Positions 38,228 to 45,684 of a DNA stretch of 64,000 nt are shown piece by piece. A program made the position numbers and the translations under genes. The DNA is from a virus. The notes beneath the pieces were generated by a model. The model saw only the letters and a program-made list of their open reading frames with translations, did no database searches and was not told the origin of the DNA. Each line of letters opens with the position of its first letter. The first letter of the stretch is position 1. The stretch spans positions 39,151-103,150 of IMG/VR virus record IMGVR_UViG_3300021426_000003. One strand, given 5' to 3'.

Positions 38228-38312
38228 AAGAATATAGTAAAGAATATAGTAAGAAGAATATAAAATATTTAATGTGGATAAAGTGGATAGAGTGGATAAG
38301 TTTGTGGATAAG
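38228..38312. promoter_or_regulatory. origin-like element: tandem 12-bp repeats plus four DnaA-box-like 9-mers
   Basis: AAGAATATAGTAA twice (38228-38252); TGTGGATAA (38274-38282 and 38304-38312, the exact reverse complement of TTATCCACA) plus GTGGATAG and GTGGATAAG, all in one orientation about 10 bp apart. Confidence 0.5.
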
Positions 38313-38697
38313 TTAGAGAAATTTAAAAGAATTTTAAAGAAATTGACGAAAAGATAGGCGAGAATTGGGAGATGGGGGATTGAGTGATTAAATATGTAAA
38401 AATAATTAGTGTTGTGTGGTTTAAGGGGCGACCCGGTCGCTAAAAAAATCCTTTATTTATCAGGTTTTTCCTACCCCGGTACGGATCATTTTTACTCCTC
38501 AATTTTGACTTCCAAAAATCCGTATTTTTGGCACTTTTCGAGGATCGCTGCGCTGGAAAAAACGAACAGATGTACGAATTTGCCTCAAAATCCCAATTTT
38601 GCCACTATGCGACCAGCTCGTTCGAGTGGCACGGACGGGCACACACACAGACATGCCACACAAGCCACGGCGCTAAAGCGCAGAGAGGAGAAAAATC

Positions 38698-39270
38698 ATG
38701 GCAAACAAGAACACAGGCAACACACAGGTACAGGCAATCGCAATCGCACAGGCAATGGCAATCACGCAAGCTATGCTTGCGTTGGATGCGTATCGGACAT
38801 CGCTCCTCGCGTATGCAGATGCGGACGCACATGAGGATCGTGAGCGCATGAGCATGTACGCATCACTCGGCAAGGGCGAGCGCAAGGCAGTGTGGAACGC
38901 ACTTGTGAAAGCGGGCTTTCCCGTAGGGAAAGCTGTGCTTCCCAAGACCGAAGCAGCAGCGCCTGCGCCCAAGCAGTCACAGACTCCTACGGAACGTGCT
39001 GGTGAGGTGTGCATGTGGGTACGTGATGGCGCATACGTGAGCACTGCCACCGCAGGTGGCAAGTTCGTTGGTCGCAGTGGAATCCGCAAGATTCTCAACG
39101 CTCGCATCCGTAAGGCGGGTGGCACATACGACAAGGCGCACAAGGCGTACAAGTTCCCGAACGAGCAGAACGCCATTGACTTCGTCAATGCTACATCCGC
39201 TACGGTCACGGACGAGCAGTTCCGTGAGTACATGGGCACACTGGAGCGCAAGCACAATGAGAAGGCGTAA
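38698..39270 (+). CDS. hypothetical protein encoded by a GC-rich foreign cassette (190 aa, Ala/Lys-rich)
   Basis: AGAGGAGAAAAATCATG RBS; about 60% GC versus about 30% in the flanks; followed by a strong terminator; upstream TTGACT with a TCCAAAAAT/ATTTTTGGA palindrome. Confidence 0.55.
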   Translation: MANKNTGNTQVQAIAIAQAMAITQAMLALDAYRTSLLAYADADAHEDRERMSMYASLGKGERKAVWNALVKAGFPVGKAVLPKTEAAAPAPKQSQTPTERAGEVCMWVRDGAYVSTATAGGKFVGRSGIRKILNARIRKAGGTYDKAHKAYKFPNEQNAIDFVNATSATVTDEQFREYMGTLERKHNEKA

Positions 39271-39284
39271 GCCTTCTCGAGGTT

Positions 39285-39322
39285 CACAGTCGGGCTTCGG
39301 CTCGGCTGTGATCCTTTTTTTT
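39285..39322 (+). terminator. intrinsic terminator with a UUCG tetraloop
   Basis: 11-bp stem CACAGTCGGGC/GCTCGGCTGTG (two G-U pairs) with a TTCG loop, then ATCC and T8. Confidence 0.7.
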
Positions 39323-40340
39323 GTGCCTTTGAGCCCCTTGTTGATCATATGCTTATCGAAATTTTGTATAAGCATGTGATGAATAAGGGCTTCAAAAAAA
39401 CGCCCTATATGCATATACGAATCAGATAATATCGCATATGTCTGGTGTTGCAAGTCACCAATCATTTCTACTTGCGTTTTTCAAAATCGGGTCGGTCAGT
39501 ACTCGTTAACCACTGACAAAGAATAAAACCGTTATAATCGAAGGCTTTTATGTCAGCTACCTACACCGTAACGGTTACATATTGCAAAATGTATTGTGTT
39601 ATAACAATGCTCAATCAAAAAAAGAGCCAAGGACACAAATATGTCTCCAATATTTGTGATTGCAAAAACATGCACAATTCAACTTTAGAAATCTTAAGTG
39701 CCTTAAAGGTAGGTGATAGATTGCTAAGTGTATGAATATCCTGCTCAAAGAAAGGAGGTGAGAGCGATATAACACAATCCATAACATTGCAAGTTGACGA
39801 TTGGTCGGAATCAATCAATCCCTTTAGGATTTGTCCTTGTGAATGTTATTCTTGCCGTATGTACTTCCGTTAGAGAGGCATGGGTCAAAAGACTGGCGAT
39901 TAGTCGAAGGTGACAAGGGAGTAGGAGCTCCACTCGGTTATAGTCCTTCCGCAAGATAGTCAGAATGGCTTGGCACAACTTACCAAGGCTGACTGATAAA
40001 GGGGCGGTACTACAAAAGTGACCGAGAATAAAAAATAACAGGCGACTGGACAAACCTGTTATCAAACTGGCATCTGTTGAGACTAAAACTAAAAATTAGA
40101 CTCAACTGCGTATACTTAGTAACTCGCAAGGGTAAGTACCTTGGGGAGCAAAGACGCACAGTAAGGAATAAGTCCACTAAACAATTGATTTATTCGGCAG
40201 ATGAATAAAGATATATGTAATAAAAACATATATATAATAAAACACCTAATGAATAATAAAATTGCTCTTATGGCTTGTGTGTCTTTCTTGTCAAGGGGAT
40301 AGAGTAGCGGTTGCAATAAGTACATACAAGTACATTGTTG

Positions 40341-40365
40341 ACTTGTCCAATATACTTGTCCAATG
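40341..40365. promoter_or_regulatory. tandem 11-bp direct repeats (operator-like) next to a TTGACT -35-like hexamer
   Basis: ACTTGTCCAAT at 40341-40351 and again at 40355-40365; AAGTACAT is also duplicated just upstream. Confidence 0.4.
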
Positions 40366-40717
40366 TATGTATTGCGTCAACTCAGTATATCGTGAGGATG
40401 TCAGCGGTAGTGTTAAGTGGTGCATTAATATTAATTAATTATTCCACTTGCGAAGGTCTATTGACTGACACGAGGTCGCAGGAAGTACCTGCATAAATCC
40501 TAAATCACACTTATTCAGGTTGTGATTGTAGAACGAGCAATTGATTAACAGTCAATTGTCTATTGTGGCTTAACTACCCACATTAACGAGTAGGTGCAAC
40601 TCCTACCACAACCTCTTAACTATTAATAATGATTGCAATTCTCGTTATAAATCGAGGTGCTAACATCCAACTTATGACGTAGTCCCAATCATCAACAACC
40701 ATGAAAGGAGTAACACA

Positions 40718-41149
40718 ATGAACAAAAAAGACAGAGCACTCGTAAACAGGGCAGAGCATGAAGATATGGATTATATCACACCTATTAGGTCTTTAGACGT
40801 CCTTATTTTTAGGAATTTATCTAAAAAGGCTTTTGGTATCCAATTCTGCAATCGCAGAGCGACCAAAGATGCCTTAGTATTTGACCTTACTGGAAGCCCT
40901 GCGGATATCCGTAAGGGTATTAAGTATGTTGAATATTTAGGTATTACACCTGTGTATGATAACCGCCCTATTATGAGAGAGGGCAGGACATACAACCTGT
41001 TTGTTGACGAAGGTGAATGGGTGGTGACACGAGTTGATATTGATGAAGAAACATTGACAGAATCGTATACATGCGTACATGAAATGGCTCTTCTCGAAAA
41101 TTACGACGATGACTTCATCTGTGAAGAAGCAATATGTGAAGTACTCTGA
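40718..41149 (+). CDS. hypothetical protein (first gene of the plus-strand early block)
   Basis: AAAGGAG RBS; 143 aa; GC about 40%. Confidence 0.5.
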   Translation: MNKKDRALVNRAEHEDMDYITPIRSLDVLIFRNLSKKAFGIQFCNRRATKDALVFDLTGSPADIRKGIKYVEYLGITPVYDNRPIMREGRTYNLFVDEGEWVVTRVDIDEETLTESYTCVHEMALLENYDDDFICEEAICEVL

Positions 41150-41164
41150 AAGGAAATAAATAAA

Positions 41165-41353
41165 ATGTATGATATGATTAACGGTTTTTACCTTGAAACT
41201 GGATATGGATTTAATCCTCATACCAGTACAGTAACAGAAATAAAAAAAGTTGACGAGTTCGGCAGATTTGTTATGGGAGCAATGGTATATAGAGGCGAAT
41301 GGGAAGACTGTATTAAATATGCTGAAACCCACGAAAGTCCTTTAAATAAATAA
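41165..41353 (+). CDS. hypothetical small protein
   Basis: 62-aa ORF after the AAGGAAATAAAT module. Confidence 0.4.
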   Translation: MYDMINGFYLETGYGFNPHTSTVTEIKKVDEFGRFVMGAMVYRGEWEDCIKYAETHESPLNK

Positions 41354-41711
41354 TTATAAAATACAACGAAAGGAAATAAATGCCTATGGAAAATGACTGT
41401 AACTCGTTGTCACATGCAAACTGTTCTAGTCTCACATCCCCAAGCATCATTCTTTAATGGGTAGACAAAGCGTAGGAACATTTATTATTCCTGCGCTTCA
41501 ATGTACCTATTAATAGCTCAAATAGGGAAATAAATCCCAGAAAGGAGAGATATGAATTATAGTCCTATTCCCAATCCCGAAACTAATTTGGACTGGTTCA
41601 ACATCAAGGGAACTCAAGTTGGTTAATAATATATATAAATATATTAATCGACTCAATAAGGCAAATAAATTTGACCCTCAAAAAAGGAAACAAATCTCAG
41701 AAAGGAGCAAT

Positions 41712-41882
41712 ATGAACAAAGAAACAGTAGAAAGAATCAATAAGGCAAATGAAATTGCACAGTTCTTTGAAGAATGTGCAAAGATTTCTCGCAAAGAGGG
41801 AAATATTAAACTTGCCCTTATTCAAGAACGCAGAGCGAAAGAACACAGACAGAACGCTATGCGCTATGCGAAAGACAAATAA
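41712..41882 (+). CDS. hypothetical small basic protein
   Basis: ATG at 41712 with a CAGAAAGGAG RBS; the longer track ORF (41619) would need a TTG start. Confidence 0.4.
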   Translation: MNKETVERINKANEIAQFFEECAKISRKEGNIKLALIQERRAKEHRQNAMRYAKDK

Positions 41883-41909
41883 ATAAAGGAAACAGAAAGG
41901 AGTAACACT

Positions 41910-42155
41910 ATGGCTAAAGCAAATTCAGATTACATCGAAATCTACCACATTACTGGTATGAAGAATCTTCAGAAAGCATACAAGTATATAATGGAATACT
42001 GTGTAAGTAACGATGAAGGTAAGGTCTCTTACAGAAGCGAATTCTCTGCAAGAGAAACCGCTTTCACCGAGTACTACATTGCAGTTTACTGCAACGTAGT
42101 ACGCCACATGCGTCTGTGCGAGTATTTAGAAAATATTTGCGCAGACTGGAATTGA
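41910..42155 (+). CDS. hypothetical protein
   Basis: AAAGGAG RBS; 81 aa. Confidence 0.5.
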   Translation: MAKANSDYIEIYHITGMKNLQKAYKYIMEYCVSNDEGKVSYRSEFSARETAFTEYYIAVYCNVVRHMRLCEYLENICADWN

Positions 42156-42264
42156 CTTAGTGGACAGATAGGGGAGCAGAGAAACAATTCTCCGCTCTCC
42201 GATTGTGTCTATTAAGGCACGATTAACTATTAACCACTAACAGAAATAAAAGAAAGGAATAATT

Positions 42265-42486
42265 ATGATTAAAGTACAGACATTTCCCTCAATCGCTCCC
42301 ATGTGGATTCTTGTTACATATGACGAGAAAGGAAACAAAAAGTGTGAAGACCATTGTGTTGACCGTCTTCATTTAATTGGTACAGCATACTCTTACAACA
42401 GAGTACGTCCTGACCAGACATATGTAATCAAAGCAGACCTTCCCGAAGTATACAATTCTTTTGCAGAATATGAAGTCATTGCTTAA
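42265..42486 (+). CDS. hypothetical small protein
   Basis: AAAGGAA RBS; 73 aa. Confidence 0.45.
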   Translation: MIKVQTFPSIAPMWILVTYDEKGNKKCEDHCVDRLHLIGTAYSYNRVRPDQTYVIKADLPEVYNSFAEYEVIA

Positions 42487-42619
42487 TTAGTCCCCAGATA
42501 GGGATGTGTAGTAGGCAAATAAAATAAATAGCCAGATAACTATGCATCCCGATTGTGAGGGTTAAATTAATTACTCACTTGTAACTATCAATAAAGCAAA
42601 CAAAAAAAGGAGGTAAACC

Positions 42620-43600
42620 ATGAGTCCCGAAACAGAAAGAAAGCTCATGAAAGAAGCTCGAACTTTCTCCGATGCAGGAAATTTCTGGGCATGGGCTTAC
42701 ACCGATTACGGGCTTTCTACTACAGAAGCAGATGTAATTTGGCGTAACGCTAATTGGAAATTCAAATATCTCATTTGCGAATCTCGCAAGGGATATGAGA
42801 ATAGAATGTTCATCCGAGATGTAAGCAACACTTGGGATGATGGTCTTAAAAAGAAAGGGTGGTGGAATACCTTTACCCTATCTACTCGTCCTGTTACAGA
42901 AGGACTTTGGCTCTGCAACGTAGACCATTATAGGATTGACAGCAACGGATACATGAATCTAATCGTTAATCCGTTAGTCGAAATGCCAGAAGTGAAATTC
43001 CAGTTCAGCGCATGGGAAAAGAGCGAAGGAACATGGAATTCTCCTGCTTTTCATCTTATGTTTAATGGTAACAGAAAATGGTTACCCGAATATAAGTTCC
43101 CTCAATTCAAACAGGGAAATATAAAAGAATTTGTTTCTCGTTTTCCTCGTTACACATATGAAGATTATTATGGATATGAATACATGTGTGACCTTCTTTT
43201 AATGGATTACATTAAAGGAGATATTTCTCTTGAAGAGATTGAATCTGCTTTAAATGAACCCACAGACCATGAGAAGTTCGTTAGACAAATTCAATTAGCA
43301 GTGGCAAAAGGGAAAACAAAAGAGATGTTCCCTAATCATCCTTTGTTTGCAGAAAAAATCTGTCGTTCCGAAAACAGTGCTTCTCATCTTTTAGGTGATG
43401 AATACATTGGTTTTAGAGAAATAAAAGATTATGTAGAAAGAAATCTGCGTAGTTATGAACAACTGGTTAAAGAAGAAAAAATGAATGCCATTGATTCTTC
43501 TGATGACCTTGACAAAATTGAAGCTGTTCTTGCTTACAGAAAAGAAGTCAAGAAAACTGAAAAATTGGCAAAGAGAAATAAAAGAAAGGAAGGTAAATAA
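42620..43600 (+). CDS. hypothetical protein (326 aa)
   Basis: AAAAGGAGG RBS; long ORF. Confidence 0.55.
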   Translation: MSPETERKLMKEARTFSDAGNFWAWAYTDYGLSTTEADVIWRNANWKFKYLICESRKGYENRMFIRDVSNTWDDGLKKKGWWNTFTLSTRPVTEGLWLCNVDHYRIDSNGYMNLIVNPLVEMPEVKFQFSAWEKSEGTWNSPAFHLMFNGNRKWLPEYKFPQFKQGNIKEFVSRFPRYTYEDYYGYEYMCDLLLMDYIKGDISLEEIESALNEPTDHEKFVRQIQLAVAKGKTKEMFPNHPLFAEKICRSENSASHLLGDEYIGFREIKDYVERNLRSYEQLVKEEKMNAIDSSDDLDKIEAVLAYRKEVKKTEKLAKRNKRKEGK

Positions 43601-43716
43601 TGGAAATTATTGTAGATATGGCTACAAACGCAGTTCCGTTCTGCATTGTAATCGCCTATTTTTTAACAGGCATTTACTTGTTAATAAGCTGGAGCAGAGA
43701 GGATAAAGAAAAATGA
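43600..43716 (+). CDS. small single-TM peptide (38 aa)
   Basis: ATG overlaps the upstream stop (TAATGG) and has an AAGGAAGG RBS; hydrophobic core VPFCIVIAYFLTGIYLLI. Confidence 0.35.
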   Translation: MEIIVDMATNAVPFCIVIAYFLTGIYLLISWSREDKEK

Positions 43717-44021
43717 AAAATAAAGATAAAATTTACCTCATTTGTCTCTGTCTCATCTGTATGGCAATCATTATTTTAGGTTGTCACTATGAAGCAACCT
43801 ATGTAGCAAAATGTAAAGTAATTTCTAAAACAGAAACAACTCTGGAAGTAGAGAATCTTCACAACCATGTATGTTATGAATGTGAAGCAACAGAAACAGA
43901 AACAATTCATATTGATGAAATACTTTGTTGTAAATTCACCAACGAATGCACTGAGTCCGACCCATATGATGACCATTGGGTTAATTTTGGAGAGCACAGT
44001 TTCTTGTGCTTCGTTTGGTAA
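43713..44021 (+). CDS. membrane-anchored Cys-rich small protein
   Basis: N-terminal TM (IYLICLCLICMAIIILG) and 8 Cys in the ectodomain. Confidence 0.45.
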   Translation: MKNKDKIYLICLCLICMAIIILGCHYEATYVAKCKVISKTETTLEVENLHNHVCYECEATETETIHIDEILCCKFTNECTESDPYDDHWVNFGEHSFLCFVW

Positions 44022-44048
44022 TAAGTTAAACAGAAAGGAGAACTAATC

Positions 44049-44231
44049 ATGTATAAATTCGTTTACACCCGTTGCAACAGAGAAACGGGTGAGGTTCAGA
44101 AACTGGTAGAAGCCCGCTACCACAACTATGAAACCTGTATAAGGGAAGAATATTATTATTATTCCCATCTTGACCATAACAAGTATAGTGGTCATGCAAC
44201 TATTTCATATATCAGCAATATCAGCAGATAA
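44049..44231 (+). CDS. hypothetical small protein
   Basis: AAAGGAG RBS; 60 aa. Confidence 0.4.
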   Translation: MYKFVYTRCNRETGEVQKLVEARYHNYETCIREEYYYYSHLDHNKYSGHATISYISNISR

Positions 44232-44246
44232 GAAAGGAGAAACAAA

Positions 44247-44570
44247 ATGTCACTCTACTTCGACCTTCAGAAACATTTCATTAGCAACTATCACAAGGGA
44301 ATTTATCCCGACATGGAAACCGCTAGACTTGCTTTTGAAGCATATTGGAAAACATTAGAAATATATGCGTGGGAAGCATATAAGACATTACAGGACAAAT
44401 ACGGAAAGGGAAGTGGAATTGTTTCTGTTCCCACCGTTCTTGAAACAATCAAATTTATAACAGAAGCAAATGATGAATATATTATGGAAGTCTATCAGGT
44501 AATGATTATGCCCAAGACAGAATACCATGAATATATTACAGAGAAGCAAGGAGGAGGTGTTGTATTATGA
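44247..44570 (+). CDS. hypothetical protein
   Basis: AAAGGAG RBS; 107 aa. Confidence 0.5.
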   Translation: MSLYFDLQKHFISNYHKGIYPDMETARLAFEAYWKTLEIYAWEAYKTLQDKYGKGSGIVSVPTVLETIKFITEANDEYIMEVYQVMIMPKTEYHEYITEKQGGGVVL

Positions 44571-44749
44571 CAGAAGAATTAAAAAGGGAAATCATTTCCA
44601 AACTTCAATCTGAAATTTCAACGGACGAAGAGATTGAATCTCTTCATCTGCCCTATGACGATGACCATAGTTATGCATATGGTCAGAGGGCAGGACTGGA
44701 ACATGCAATAGAAATCATTGAAAGCGTTTTCAATGATTTTGGTTATTAA
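44567..44749 (+). CDS. hypothetical small acidic protein
   Basis: ATGA overlap with the upstream gene; 60 aa. Confidence 0.4.
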   Translation: MTEELKREIISKLQSEISTDEEIESLHLPYDDDHSYAYGQRAGLEHAIEIIESVFNDFGY

Positions 44750-44769
44750 GAAAAGAAAGGAGCAACACT

Positions 44770-44907
44770 ATGACAACAAAAGAATTCGCAATCGCAAAGG
44801 TAAACGAATACACAATCCTTAAGAAAGCGGCACTTGCGGTTGAAGATTATTTCCTCGCAGAATACTACGACACTTTAATCAAGGAAACTCTTGCAGAGAT
44901 TAAATAA
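44770..44907 (+). CDS. hypothetical small protein (45 aa)
   Basis: AAAGGAG RBS; below the ORF-track cutoff. Confidence 0.35.
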   Translation: MTTKEFAIAKVNEYTILKKAALAVEDYFLAEYYDTLIKETLAEIK

Positions 44908-45010
44908 TCTCTAATAGGGAAAATAGGGAAATAAATAAAAATTAAATATTGAAAAAACTAAATATAGGTAAATAAAATAAAGCAAAGTTTTAAGAAAGGA
45001 AGTAACTATC

Positions 45011-45640
45011 ATGACTAACAACACAATCACAATCAACTCCGCAATCGACATGAACTCTCTTATGTCTCTTCTTAAAGATAATAAAGCAACCATTATCATC
45101 ATCAATAATAATGGTACACCTATGAATATGAGTAATGTGTTTGACACTACAGCAACGGAAGTAAAGAAAGGACGTACTTTTGACCCGCATAAGTATTATG
45201 CAGGAAATGTTAGAAAAATTCTCAGTAATCATGACATTCAGATTAAGGCTGGTAAAGGGTGCAAAAGAGGTCACATCAGCGCAGGAGCATTTGACGAACT
45301 GGTCAATCAGCTTGAGACAAAGGAAGTAACACTTAGAAGAGTTAAATTCCTTTTCAATGCTCTTGACGAAGCAGGGTATAAAGAAGAGGGGAGAGGTCTT
45401 AAAAAGGATGTACTGTTTGAAACCTTGAGTTACATCAAGGAAAATAATCTTGCGGTAACCTACAAAGGAAAAGGAGAGAACAGTCACTCAAGAGGAAATG
45501 CCCAAAAAGAAAGATATGAACTCGACAACCTTGTAGAAAGGTTGGTAAAGATTCCCTTTACCAATGACTTTGCAGAGAAGTTCGCCACCTGTTTGAGAGA
45601 GGGAGATGAAGTTGTACATGCAACCTTCAAACTTGCATAA
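45011..45640 (+). CDS. hypothetical protein (209 aa)
   Basis: AAAGGAAG RBS; preceded by the AGGGAAAATAGGGAAATAAAT module. Confidence 0.5.
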   Translation: MTNNTITINSAIDMNSLMSLLKDNKATIIIINNNGTPMNMSNVFDTTATEVKKGRTFDPHKYYAGNVRKILSNHDIQIKAGKGCKRGHISAGAFDELVNQLETKEVTLRRVKFLFNALDEAGYKEEGRGLKKDVLFETLSYIKENNLAVTYKGKGENSHSRGNAQKERYELDNLVERLVKIPFTNDFAEKFATCLREGDEVVHATFKLA

Positions 45641-45684
45641 GATGATACATATAAATAGTATATAGTATACGGAGGGAAATAATT

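Noticed and set aside
38409-39465. Seven overlapping ORFs of 60-204 aa on both strands in the GC-rich island
   Set aside because: High GC removes stop codons in every frame. Only 38698-39270 (+) has an RBS, sensible codon periodicity and a terminator. The others are artefacts.
39323-40717. tmRNA or RNase P RNA in the central non-coding region
   Set aside because: No tRNA-like 3' end (GGTTCGATTCC-type T arm) and no RNase P universal core strings were found. The region remains an unclassified structured non-coding region.
41619-41882. 87-aa version of the small early gene
   Set aside because: It would need a TTG start without an RBS. The ATG at 41712 has a canonical AGGAG RBS.
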